A stretch of 64,000 nucleotides of DNA, from positions 19,406,001 through 19,470,000 of the forward strand of contig NC_043000.1 of NCBI RefSeq assembly GCF_006345805.1. The letters are read 5' to 3'. Below the pieces are notes generated by a model. The model made no database searches and was not told where the DNA came from. It was given only the letters and a program-made list of their open reading frames with translations. Below are positions 23,475 to 36,322 of this stretch, piece by piece (within the stretch, counting starts at the first letter, position 1; each line of letters starts with the position of its first letter). Source of the DNA: Octopus sinensis. Its lineage: Eukaryota. The translations under genes and the position numbers were made by a program.

Positions 23475-24486
23475 TATAAAAGGGCTTAGTAAAATAAATT
23501 ACTTTGCCGCATACTGAACTCATTAGAAATAGTAGCTAAAAAAACTTTTTTAAAACTATTTCTAATACTTAAAGAAAACCTCTCTCATATAGTGTTTGCT
23601 CAATTCAACTCACGAAAGTATGGGGGTAAAGACTTAAAAAATCAAATGCAAAGGTTATTTGAGAACGTACGTTTCAAGATTAGTCAACTCGACATTTCTA
23701 TCATCACTCTCAGAACTCCTTGGGTTTGGATTTGAAAACACTGAAAAGTGGGAGCATACCCTTTCGGCTTCTTATCGCTTCTGAAGACTGCTCGAAACTA
23801 CAGTGCCAGCAAACTCAAATATGCAAGCGAAGATTTCTGCTCTCCCCCTTTCCACCAGCGTGGGTTTAAAATCAGTAAACACTATGCTTTTTTCGGTAAA
23901 ATCCGAGGCATTAATAGAGAGAGATGAATTATAATTTCAACAATTGAGGGTAATTATTTAATTATTAATCATTTCACCAAGTATTCAGTATGCAAAGGGA
24001 CCATTTAAGGCGAATTCAAATTATACATTATTAAAAGGGCTTATTAAATAAATTACTTTGCCGCATACTGAACTCAGTTAGAAATAGTAGCTAAAAAAAC
24101 TTTTTTTAAAACTATTTCTAATACTTAAAAAACCTCTCTATATAGTGTTTGCTCAATTCAACTCACGAAAGTATGGGGGTAAAGACATTAAAAAAATCAA
24201 ATGCAAAGGTTATTTGAGAACGTACGTTTCAAGATTAGTCAACTCGACATTTCGTGAGTTGAATTGAGCAAACACTATATGAGAGAGTTTTTCGTTAAGT
24301 ATTAGATAGTTTAAAAAGTTTTTTTAGCTACTATTTCTAATGAGTTCAGTATGCGGCAAAGTAATTTATTGATTACTAACCCTTTTATATAATCGACTAA
24401 TTTAATTCGCCTTAAATGGCCCTTTGCATCTGAATACGTGGTGAAATTGATTAATTTAATTAATTTTACCTCAATTGTTGAAATTA
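23475..24486 (-). mobile_element. 555 bp-unit tandem repeat (about 1.4 units) plus inverted arm, carrying a hammerhead-like motif (PLE/retrozyme-like)
   Basis: Direct repeat offset 555 (23482 vs 24037; 23661 vs 24216). 24250-24486 is the reverse complement of about 23932-24170. Confidence 0.75.
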
Positions 24487-24702
24487 ATACATAATATATA
24501 ATATACTTAGTATATATCGATATATATATATATATATATAGATATATATAAGTATACACTAATGGACTACCAAACACACACACACCACATATATATATAT
24601 ATATATACAATATACATATATATATAAATGTGTATATGTGTGTGTAGACAACATATACACACACACACCCACAGCACACCAACACATCACACACACACAC
24701 AC

Positions 24703-24733
<31 letters not shown>

Positions 24734-25269
24734 CAAACACATATATATATAAATGTGTGTGTGTGTGTGTGTATACATACATAACCCACCACACAACACA
24801 ACACACCCACACATACACACACGTAGCCAAGTTATTATATCTCCAAGCAGATCTCCAGAACTGTTAATAATTTAGTTAGTCTTGAATGACACTAGTTCAA
24901 GTTTTCTATCGGACCTAACCAAAAAACAAGAAAATCTTCATAGCTTGAAAAGTTTAAAAAGCAACAGTCACACGCTAACTCAAAAATATACACACCACCC
25001 AACTATTATGTTGCACAATTCACCCGACTGTATTTTCTGCGCTACTAATGGAAATCTCCTATAAACCGCCCACTTTCTTTCGGATGTTGTACTTTTCCTT
25101 TCTCTCCCCTTCTCCCTCTTTCTTCCAGAAGAACAAACACATATGCAAGCGTGTACACACACACGCACACGTACACATACACACACACACACAAACACTC
25201 ACGTACACTCACGTACACATTCTCACGCACATACAGGTGGACACAGATATGCCTACACACACACATACA

Positions 25270-25660
25270 TACTCTCTTTTACTCTTTTTACTCTTTTACT
25301 TGTTTTACTTGAGCACCGCCTTTAGTCGAGCAACTCGACCCCGGGACTTATTCTTTTTGTAGGCCCAGTACTTATTCTATCGGTCTCTTTTTGCCGAACC
25401 GCTAAGGACGGGGACTTAAACACACCAGCATCGTTTGTCAAGCAATGCTTAGGGGAACAAACACAGACACACAAACACACACATAATATATATATCTACA
25501 TATATACGACAGCTTCTTTCAATTTTCCGTCTACCAAATCCACTCACAAGGCATGGTCGGCCCGGGGCTATAGCAGAAGACACTTGCCCAAGATGCCACG
25601 CAGTGGGACTGAACCCGGAACCATGTGGTTGGTTAGCAAGCTACTTACCACACAGCCACT
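25270..25660 (-). mobile_element. SINE family A
   Basis: Reverse-complement homology, with a deletion near the tail. Confidence 0.88.
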
Positions 25661-25719
25661 GACTTAAATTTGTCGAAAATGAGTGGAAATATGCAAACTG
25701 CGATATAGTACTTGTTATA

Positions 25720-26140
25720 AAATAAAAGCGATGAGATGGCTGAGCTGTAAGCACACCGGACAAAATGCTTAGTGGCATTTCGTCCGTTTTTACGGACGAC
25801 TATGCCGTTCATCCTTCCAGGGTCGATAAAAGAAGGACCAATCAAGTACTAGGGTCTATGTAATCAACTTCTTCCCTTCACAGAATTTCTCCTTCCCTGT
25901 GCCAAAATTTGAAAGCTATAAACTAAAGGATTAGGGCGGGGACCTAGGGGAATCGTTAAGACATCGGAAAAACATGTTTTACGTTATTTCTTCTGATGAC
26001 AGGTTTTGAGTTCAAATCCGGTCTTGGTCCACGTTGCCTTTCATCCTTTTGAGATTGATAAAATAAGTACCAGTTAAATACTGGAATCGATTGTATCGAA
26101 TAATCCCTTCCCATCAAAATTCTTGGCCATGTGCCTAACT
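25720..26140 (+). mobile_element. Two adjacent diverged SINE B2 copies
   Basis: Central block and B2 tail present twice. Confidence 0.7.
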
Positions 26141-26150
26141 AAAAAAACTA

Positions 26151-26690
26151 TTGGGTTGTCCGGAAAGTTCGTGCCGATTTTTAAAAGAAAGAAAAAGGTC
26201 GATAAATACTTGCCATTACATTTTTAATCAACCAGATATAAACCATTTTGTTGCACAATGCGTCTCCATCTTTGAAAATACCCTCTTCACAGAATTGAGG
26301 TGGTTTCATGGCAAAGAATTCATCAAGGTATCTTTTTACGTCATCCAAGGAATAGAAATTTTTACCATTAAGACTATTCTGCAGAGACCTGAATAAGGGG
26401 CAATCTTGTGAATATGGAGGGTGGGGTAACACATCCCAGCTGAGCAGCAGCAATTTTTGTCTGGTTCCCAAAGCATCAGTGCCGAAAATGAACTTTCTTA
26501 TCTTCCATTTTAAAGGGTTACAGAATTAACACAGCTTATAGGAACATAAACCTTCTTCCACGAAAATATAGCTTAAACTGTGCTGTAAATGGAGGTGTAG
26601 TCAAATCCTATTTTATGGACTCAACCATGTTCTAAAATAAGTCGAAATGTAAGCTACTATAAATCAGCACGAACTTTCCGGACAACCCAA
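26151..26690 (-). mobile_element. Internally deleted mariner-like DNA transposon
   Basis: 30 bp TIRs TTGGGTTGTCCGGAAAGTTCGTG(C/T)..., TA at 26149-26150 and 26691-26692. Transposase C-terminus WDVLPHPPYS...LFRSLQNSL.GK.F. Confidence 0.93.
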
Positions 26691-26744
26691 TATTTCCCCA
26701 AGTTTTAGGCATTAATTTTTCACTTGAATAAGTAATGTTTTGTA

Positions 26745-27145
26745 TAGCGGTCTTCGCTTACCATCCAGGCTCAGTCAGATCCACCAAGTTAATCTTACTC
26801 TTAAACAGTTTGAAGATGATGTCGGAAGGGAAAATATATGAAGAAAGAATGTTAGAGAAGCGATGTCCTGGGCAGACGAAAGATGTAGTGACTAATGCAG
26901 AGACTGGAGATGGGGAGTCATAGTATGACTGGTGAGATGAGGGGATGGCAACAGAATCGAATGTATCTGAGAAGAGGTTGCGAAAGACCAACTGCTTCGA
27001 AGAAGCATACGTCAATGTAGCTGAGATAGAAAAGATACAGGGAGAAGACAGCCAACGAATGGACAGAAGTTGGAGTGTGCTGACGAGTGATTTAAGGCCA
27101 CCAGTCGAATTTGGTGGAGTGGTCTTTCTTCGGGTGCTGTCTTCA
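26745..27145 (-). mobile_element. Degenerate CR1/L2-group LINE 3' fragment
   Basis: Patchy motifs across frameshifts: LQLLS.R, SFVxRTS.LxNIL.SYIFPS..LQ.FKSKIN. Confidence 0.5.
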
Positions 27146-28084
27146 ATATTTCGTAAGTAGAATTAGTGTCGTCCCAGATGTGGGAGTACTACTAACCTGT
27201 GATTACTTTACCCCAGAAAAATTGCTTGCTAAGTGACACTTAGTACGGCTTCTGTCTAGATGGAAGTTGCATCAGACATATCTGTTTCCATAGCAATACA
27301 ATTAAACATTACAGAATATATAAAGTGCTATATCACATATGAAAAATGGTGTATCTAGATTTTTTGAACACTTAACAACTGATCGGCAGATAATGTCCCT
27401 ATTTACATGAGCTACATATATCTTGAAACTTAGGAGAGTGATTACATGACCTGTTAAGAGATGACCGTCAAGATATTGCTGTCAACAGCAGCTTTTATAT
27501 TGTCGACAGTTTAAGTAGGGATGCTGTTTGTGACTGTTTACTCCAAATAAAATTATTCTGAAACATTTCCGCTATTATTAGAATAGTCATCTTAACGAAT
27601 TGTGTTTTTGGTACCAAATTATCGAGAACAATCAGAAATCTTGACGTTATCTAAATTTAACAGAAAGGTGAGTGATAAAATCAACATTTGATATGAATAA
27701 ATTTCGCTATCAGCCTTCCCCACATGTCAATAGCACGTAGAGGACTGAGTGTAAAGAACATTTAAAACAAGGGAACAGATATTCCAGTCGCTGTATAAGT
27801 TCAAACATTTAAAACAAGAGAGCAGATATTCCAGTGAAAAAGATTTTTTTCTGTCCTTTTTTGAGCGTCAAATCTTACTGCTAAACTTACAAGTAACCAA
27901 AGAGTTCCAGTCGAAGATGGCTGCCTATAAGGAGTGGATGAATAAACAGGAGAGGTTAAGATATTTACTACCCAGAAGAAGAGAGAGGGGAAACGAGGGA
28001 GAGAGAGAGAGAGAATGAGAAAGCTGTTGTAATTTATATCAAGAAAACCAGATATATGTATATGAATATACACATATATATACA

Positions 28085-28310
28085 CACGGACTGTTTCAAC
28101 GAAGTCGCGTCTTGTCCTTACCTTCGAAAGGGGGAGTAGATGAAACAGGGACAACTGAAGAAGGGGAATATTCTTTATGTTGCATGTCTCATTTCGCTGT
28201 TTTTTTCGTTGTTCGAAAAATGTTCGTTTCTATGTTTCTGTTTTTATGTTTTCGTTTCTCCTTGTGTTCAAAGTCTTTTTGATGTCCTGTACCCATATAT
28301 GCATGTATAT
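28085..28310 (+). mobile_element. Unclassified repeat (see 15268-15690, 39058-39168)
   Basis: Mutual homology; contains CTGAAGAAGGGG at 28155. Confidence 0.45.
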
Positions 28311-28406
28311 ATACATATATATGTAGGTATGTACATATATGTATATATATATTTGCATATATTTATGTATTATTTATATTATTATATGATCGACGCCACG
28401 CATCCT

Positions 28407-28467
<61 letters not shown>

Positions 28468-28491
28468 ATATCTATCTATATATCTATCTAT

Positions 28492-28533
<42 letters not shown>

Positions 28534-28582
28534 GATCACTTAGATCATTAGCGCTTTCTCCCATTCTAGTGGGGTTTCAAAT

Positions 28583-28633
<51 letters not shown>

Positions 28634-29063
28634 CCTACATACATACATATATATATATATTATATATATATATATATCTATATATATATAATATATAATA
28701 TATATTATATCTTATATATATATATGTATATTATATATACGTATATATATATACGTATATACCTACAGTTATATGTGTATAAATACACACATATACTTAT
28801 GTATACATGCGTATATATAATGTATACATATACATTCATACATTTATATATTGAGATCTATTAAGTACGTTCTCCAAGTTTCTCCACCTTCACCAGGCAA
28901 TAGAAAAGATTAGAGCGGGAGAGGAAATGAGCAGGGAGAGACAGAAGAAGAGCAACAAAACAACAAGAAACTCTGGAAGGAAAAAATACAATCCAGAGAA
29001 GCAGGAGGAAACAAATACAAGCAAAATCGGAGATAAAATAAGAAATGCATTAAAAAATGTAAA

Positions 29064-29224
29064 CGCGCAGGAGTGGCTGTGTGGTAAGTAGCTTGCTAAC
29101 CAACCACATGGTTCCGGGTTCAGTCCACTGCGTGGCACCTTAGGCAAGTGTCTTCTGCTATAGCCTCGGGCCGACCAAAGCCTTGTGAGTGATTTGGTAG
29201 ACGGAAACTGAAAGAGCCTTCGTA

Positions 29225-29275
<51 letters not shown>

Positions 29276-29503
29276 GTGTGTGTGTATATGTTTGTGTGTC
29301 TGTGTTTGTCCCCCTAGCAGTGCTTGACAACGACGTGCTGGTGTGTTTACGTCCCCGTCACTTAGCGGTTCGGCAAAAGAGACCGATAGAATAAGTACTG
29401 GGCTTACAAAAGAATAAGTCATGGGGTCGAGTTGCTCGATTAAAAGCGGTGCTCCAGCATGGCCGCAGTCAAATGACTGAAACAAGTAAAAGAGTAAAGA
29501 GTA
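29064..29503 (+). mobile_element. SINE family A with expanded internal (AT)n
   Basis: Homology to the other copies. Confidence 0.9.
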
Positions 29504-29689
29504 GGAATACAAAAATTTTGAAATATATTTTTAAAATGTAATAATAAGCAAAAAGTCAAGTAAATATCTTAATGACTCGAGTCAGTTTGATTGGCTGGTC
29601 AAGGCAAAAATGTTGTAAAAGGGTGGAATTTAAGGAATTTGGAGAATCCTCCTCATCCTTCTTCAACCATTATTGCTGCTGTTACGACT

Positions 29690-29980
29690 CCTCCACCTCC
29701 TCCTCCCCTTCTTCTCCTCCTCCTCCTCCTACTACTACTACTACTACTACTACTGCTGCTGCTGCTACAACTACTGTTTAGGCTACTATTATCATCCTCA
29801 TTACCATCCTCACCTTCATCGTTTACATCGAGACGCCATAATATCGCCATCATCATCATCATCATCATCATCTTTTTCCTTCTTTTTTTTCTTCTTCTTC
29901 TTCTTCTTCTTCTTCTTCTTCTTCTTCTTCTTCTTTTCTTCTTCTCTCTTCTTCTTCTTCTTCTTCTTCTTCTTCTTCCT
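29690..29980. repeat. Chain of trinucleotide microsatellites (CCT)n-(ACT)n-(GCT)n-(CAT)n-(CTT)n
   Basis: Directly visible. Confidence 0.9.
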
Positions 29981-30027
29981 CCGTCTTATCTTTTCTCCCA
30001 CTCTCTTTTATTTATTTATTATATATA

Positions 30028-30091
<64 letters not shown>

Positions 30092-30096
30092 ATATA

Positions 30097-30135
<39 letters not shown>

Positions 30136-30149
30136 GTATGTATGTATGT

Positions 30150-30366
30150 ATTCTTTTATTCATTTATTTGTTTGAGTAGTCGTTTTGAGTGCGGCCATGC
30201 TGGAGCACCACATTTAGACGAACAAATCGACACTAGGACTTATTCTTTGTAAGCCCAGTACTTATCCTATCGGTGTCTTTTGCCGAACCGCTAAGTTACA
30301 GGGATGTAAACATACCAACATCGGTTGTCAAACGATGGCGGGGAACAAACACAGACACAGACACAT

Positions 30367-30413
<47 letters not shown>

Positions 30414-30576
30414 GACGGGCTTCTTTCAGTTTCCCTCTACCAAATCCACTCACAAGGCTTTGGTTGGCCCGAGGCTATAGCACAAAGCACCTGCCCAAGG
30501 TGCCATGCAGTAGGATTGAACCCGGAACCATGTGGTTGGTATGTAAACTACTTACCACACAGCCACTCCTGCGCCT
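30150..30576 (-). mobile_element. SINE family A, full length
   Basis: Reverse-complement homology. Confidence 0.88.
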
Positions 30577-31458
30577 CTATATATAACTCAGTTGCAGGAT
30601 TCGTTAGAATCTTGATATATCAACATGTAAGGTGCTAGGATTGCCTGGGTACGTAGTTGCTAAGTTGTGATTTTCTTTTTACACATACGCACACGCACAT
30701 ACACACAACATTCGCACACATGTTTGTAGATGTGTGTGTAGCAAAAATAGGTATTAAGTAGCCTTAGATTCGGAAGGATAATCTCAAAATAACAAGAATT
30801 ACATTTGAATATATTATTTCACTCTGCTCAATACCGTTGAATACGTTTCTTTCGCTGGACCCAAGAAACGTTTGAACTTCCATTGCCTGTTCTGCTATTT
30901 TAATTCTTCTCCAGATTCCAAGTCATGTAACACGTAACACATTGCTTGTGATCTACTTGAAGTTCCCAGTACTTGAAGTGATTCGGTTACCTCTATAATT
31001 TTCCCTTTTATACTGCAATTGATTAGATTGGGTTATTTTAGATTCCTCATTTCTGAAAATAACGAGCTAAACACGAACTGCAAATAACGAGACCTAACTC
31101 GCTTCCAGCTCCTATTAAAACATTTAACATGTAACTGGAATTAATTCATTAGAGACACACTAAACAGTGATGATTAAAATAATGCTGTGTACGTTTATGT
31201 TTAACATGGTGATATGCACTCGTGGAGACACCTTCGCTGCAGTAACTCTCTCGGCAGAGAGATTCTTAATCCTTTATCTTCATTCATTCATTTGAAATAC
31301 AGTATCATCCACAATCACATTCAAGTACTTCCTTTATTCTCGCCTAGTAAGTTTTCTTTGCCAAACATGCTTGCATTTTCGGTCCTAATAAAATAATCTT
31401 TGATCTTAATTGCTTACAGTTTCACATATGGGTTTCGCTATCCTCCTTTTCTGTATCA

Positions 31459-31843
31459 TCTTTATATATAAAAGTCAAGTTGTGTGTCTGTCTCCTACGA
31501 TTTAGATTCCTAACTACTCCCACATTTTGCGGTGCAGTTTAACCAAAACTGTGTATCTTATAGTCGTGATTCATATCGAGCCCTTCTGGGTATTAGCGCG
31601 CGTCTACGATGAGTCTACGATTTAAAAAAAAATTTTCCCATTTTTAAATGCATTTTTGGCATATATAAGGGAAGTAACTCTCTAAAAATTTATTATTAAA
31701 TCTCAGAACGTAAAAAGCTACAGTAACACCACCCCACTCTTTGTGGTTAGCATATTGAGATGGCTATTATACTTTACTTCTCTAAAAATGCTTATATAGT
31801 TATTTCCCTTACAAACACGAGCAACGCCGGGCGATACTGCTAG
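31459..31843 (+). mobile_element. Non-autonomous Helitron
   Basis: A|TC...hairpin...CTAG|T; homologous to 21498-21829. Confidence 0.9.
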
Positions 31844-32113
31844 TATCCCATAAATCATTTCAAATTTATCTTTTCCTCTTAGTCTTCCTCCACTTCCAAT
31901 TGTAACCATTGCTGCTTCTTGTTGAATCTCGTGAATATCTTTCTACATCTGATATACATCGCTGTACCTGTTTTCTTTATTCATTAATTTTGGTAAAATA
32001 AGGAATGCTTTTACATTCACACACAAGCTCTTCCATTTCTGTCAGTTCTATCCAACTTTATGATCGGAATTGTAGCTATCATTTTTCGTTTTGACTTAGG
32101 ATTTTAATTGAGA

Positions 32114-32512
32114 CTAGCAGTATCGACCGGCGTTGCTCGGGTTTGTAAGGGAAATAACTATATAAGCATTTTTAGAGAGTTATAGCAAAAAAAAATAGCA
32201 AAGAAATGCATTAAAATTGGGGAAAAAATGATGGTAATTTTTTTTAAAATCGTTGACTCATCGTAGACATTTTTAGAGAGTTACTTCCCTTATATAATAG
32301 CGAAAAAATGAATTAAAATGGAAAACAATTATGGTAAATTTTTTTTTAAATCGTAGACTCATTGTAGACGCACGCTAATACCCAGAAGGGCTCGATATGA
32401 ATCACGACTATAAGATACACAGTTTTGGTTAAACTGCACCGCAAAATGTGGGAGTAGTTAGGAATCTAAATCGTAGGAGACAGACACACAACCTTACTTT
32501 TATATATAAAGA
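32114..32512 (-). mobile_element. Non-autonomous Helitron with internal subunit duplication
   Basis: A|TC...CTAG|T on the minus strand; internal GTC(T/A)AC(A/G)ATGAGTC unit present twice. Confidence 0.9.
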
Positions 32513-33458
32513 TGTCATAGAATAAATCTTTGATGGTATCGATCCATGTGTTGAGCTTTACAGCGCTTAGTGAGACCTTATATCGTTTATCAATAAATCT
32601 ATAATCATTTTGATTTTGATGCTCCTCATATATTCCTCGTATGTTTCTCTTAATACATATCTGTATACTTTGGAATTAAAAATAGTGAAAAATATATTTT
32701 CCCCTATGCTATACAAAAAAATAAAAAATAAAAAAAAAAGGAATTCATTTTTATTTCTTGTTTATTCAAACATCCTGGAAATCTAACCCAGATTCCCAGT
32801 TCTTTTACACAGAAGTGAATAATGTTTTGATATCTTCCCTATTACTTCTTAAAAGCTTTCTATGATTTTCAACTTATCGTCTGCTGTTTCATTTCTGGAA
32901 ACCTAGCGTACGAATATTCTAACATTTCCATGTGCAAATTTGAACTTATTATACTGAAGCCTCTCAAATAGCTGGTTGCTATTCACCATGTTCTTCACCA
33001 ACTCTCTTCCTCCCTCCCGCTTTCTCACTATGCCTCTCTCATACTCTTTCTCAGTTTCTCACTCTCTCTCTCTATATATATATATAAGTATATATATATA
33101 TGTGTGTGTGTGTCTGTGTTTATGTATGTATATGTGTGTGTTGTATGTGTATTTATATAAACACACACATACACACATTCACACACTCAGACATAAATAC
33201 ATACATACATACATACAGATATACATATTTATATATATACACAAACACGCATACGTATATATATATATGAATGTATACATAAAGACATGTACGTGCACTT
33301 TCGCGCGCACACAGATACTCTTATAAAAATACACATACACATTTTTATTTATCATAATATTGTGGATAAATAACACTAGTTTCCGAAAATTGTTTCGTGC
33401 AAACAAATCAGTAGTCCAAAAATGTGGTTCGAATGAAGGTTTTTCTCGAAGATCACAC

Positions 33459-33500
<42 letters not shown>

Positions 33501-33698
33501 GTGTGCGTGTGTGTGTGAGTGAGTGTGTGTACCCGCTCGTGTTAGCGTGTGTGTATATGTCTGTATGTGTGGGTGTGAACGGGAGCATGTGTTTCTTTGG
33601 AATAGTTTGGGATCGGTGCATTTTTAAGTATATTTTTATACTTTGATGTAAATCTTCTCTACTTTGCATTGAATACATTTATACATTTATCATATGAA

Positions 33699-33750
<52 letters not shown>

Positions 33751-33933
33751 GTGTGTGTGTGTGTACAAATGGAGATAGTCCGAAATTTGGACTATTATTT
33801 ATTTAGGGCTTTCATAACGTTTTGAAGAATCATCTGATGAAAGCGCTAAATAAATAATTATTCAAACTTTTGAGTATCTCTTTTTTCTTAATGTATAAAA
33901 TAAGGACACCAATCGAAAAAAAAACTATAAAAT

Positions 33934-34345
33934 GAGTGGCTGTGTGGTAAGTAGCTTGCTAACCAACCTCATGGTTCCGGGTTCAGTCCCACTGCGTGGC
34001 ATCTTGGGCAAGTGTCTTCTGCTATAGCCCCGGGCCGACCAATGCCTTGTGAGTGGATTTGGTAGACGGAAACTGAAAGAAGCCTGTCGTATATATATAT
34101 ATATATATGTATATATATGTGTGTGTTTGTGTGTCTGTGTTTGTCCCCCTAGCATTGCTTGACAACCGATGCTGGTGTGTTTACGTCCCCGTCACTTAGC
34201 GGTTCGGCAAAAGAGACCGATAGAATAAGTACTGGGCTTACAAAGAATAAGTTCCGGGGTCGAGTTGCTCGACTAAAGGCGGTGCTCCAGCATGGCCGCA
34301 GTCAAATGACTGAAACAAGTAAAAGAGTAAAGAGTAAAAGAGTAA
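33934..34345 (+). mobile_element. SINE family A
   Basis: Homology to the other copies. Confidence 0.9.
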
Positions 34346-34667
34346 ATGCATACACACACACACATATACACACACACACCACATATCGGTGTATAATACG
34401 TTGCGAATAATATTAGTTTCAGATTTTAGCACAAGGCCAGCAAGTTTGGAAGAGGGGTCTAGTCTATTACATCGACCTCAGTACTCAGCTGGTACTTATT
34501 TTATCGACCCGGAAAGGATAAAAGGCGAAGTTGACCTGGTGGAATTTGAACTCAGAGACCAAATATAAATATAGTGTTTTACATACACACTCACATATGA
34601 GTTTCATAGTAGAAACAAATGACAAAAGTTCAAATTTTCGATAAATCTCATAATAATAACGCATTAT

Positions 34668-34962
34668 CACGTGATCACGTGATCGACCAGACCATCAGAT
34701 GTTGTTACACATCGCTGGTCACAATGCGTTCGCATTGTTTTAGCCTTCGAATGACGCCACCACCCCGCTGGCTAAGCGAGCAGGGCCAAAAGAAGAAAGA
34801 GTGGAGAAAGTTGTGGTGAAAGAGTAACAGCAGGGATCACCACCCCCGCCGGAGCATCGTGGAGCTTTTAGGTGTTTTCGCTCAATAAACACTCACAACG
34901 CCCGGTCTGGGAATCGAAACCGCGAGTCCGCTGCCCTAACCACTAGGCCATTGCGCCTCCAC
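34668..34962 (-). mobile_element. SINE family C head and body with an alternative 3' tail, 12 bp TSD
   Basis: TSD ATAACGCATTAT at 34656-34667 and 34963-34974. Matches family C from the head to about 34797, then a different tail. Confidence 0.88.
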
Positions 34963-35750
34963 ATAACGCATTATAGAAATTTGAAAGTTCAATAGGTTTC
35001 AAGGCAATGAATTAAGTTAGTAATTAAACATGATTAAGATTTTAAAGAATAAGGAAAAAAGAAATAAAAAGTCTGTCGCGTTGCGTGAAGAAGAATTATT
35101 CATCGTTTGCTTTATTTGTAGAACTTTCATTATGTTTAAGGCCGATATTGCTTTGTGTATATATGTTTTAAGACATATGCTCAACTTCTGATTGGTTACT
35201 TACTCAAAGATGTCACTTGTTTTTGTCCACCTGTATGCCTAGGTGCGTCATGTGTTCATCAGGCGTTCTGCTCATTTATTGCTTGGCAGTGGTCCGACGT
35301 TCTGTTTCGATGTCTGCATCGGAACATCATTTGTTTGGTAACCGTTCTGATCACTTGTTTTCCCTAACGTGAGTGTAAAAGTCTCGGTAGACGAGAGCAT
35401 GCCACCTTGAGCAGGCTGTTGATGATGATATGTCATTTAAAAAAAATTCCTTTATATCAAGGAGTGGACAAGGGCCCGGGAACAGGAGGTGCATGGGGTG
35501 CAAGTGCACCCCCTGAAATTTTGCGGGGATGCAAAATTCAATATTGCACCTCCCCCCCTGCTTACCTTTCCCGTGCTTAGAAAATAGTGTTTAATAATTG
35601 ATCTGTAAAATGTTGCGTAATGTTTTTACACATAATAAGAACAAAGAACTAAAATAAATAAAAAGAAAAACCCCTACAAAATCCCTAGAAAGGTACATTA
35701 CTAAACTAAAGCATTCTCAACACTTAAATTGAAATTATATATATACATAT

Positions 35751-35942
35751 AGGCGCAGGAGTGGCTGTGTGGTAAGTAGCTTGCTTACCAACCACATGAT
35801 TCCTGGTTCAGTCCCACTGCGTGGCATCTTGGCGAGTAGTCTGTCTTCTGCTATAGCCCCGGCCGACCAATGCCTTGTGAGCGGATTTGGTAGACGGAAA
35901 CTGAAAAAAGCCTGTCGTATATATGTATATATATATATATAT

Positions 35943-35994
<52 letters not shown>

Positions 35995-36219
35995 TGTGTA
36001 TATGTTTGTTGTGTCTGTGTTTGTTCCCCCCCACCATCGCTTGACAACCGATGCTGGTGTGTTACGTCCCCGTCACTTAGCGGTTCGGCAAAAGACGACC
36101 GATGGTATAGTACTGGGCTTACAAAGAATAAGTCCCGGGGTCGATTTGCTCGACTAAAGGTGGTGCTCTCCAGCATGGCCGCAGTCAAATGACTGAAACG
36201 ATTAAAGAGTAAAAGAGTA
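35751..36219 (+). mobile_element. SINE family A
   Basis: Homology to the other copies. Confidence 0.9.
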
Positions 36220-36228
36220 TATATATAT

Positions 36229-36259
<31 letters not shown>

Positions 36260-36322
36260 ACAACAATATAACAATGACAACAATGTTATTATTGTTATAT
36301 TGTTGTTATATACGGCCACTCC

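Noticed and set aside
23781-23805. CTGAAGA-CTGCTC-GAAAC hammerhead-like string on the + strand
   Set aside because: No helix II pairing and no NUH or helix I.
29572-30175. Poly-L/poly-S/poly-K ORFs up to 194 aa
   Set aside because: Stop-free trinucleotide microsatellites with no domain or splice support.
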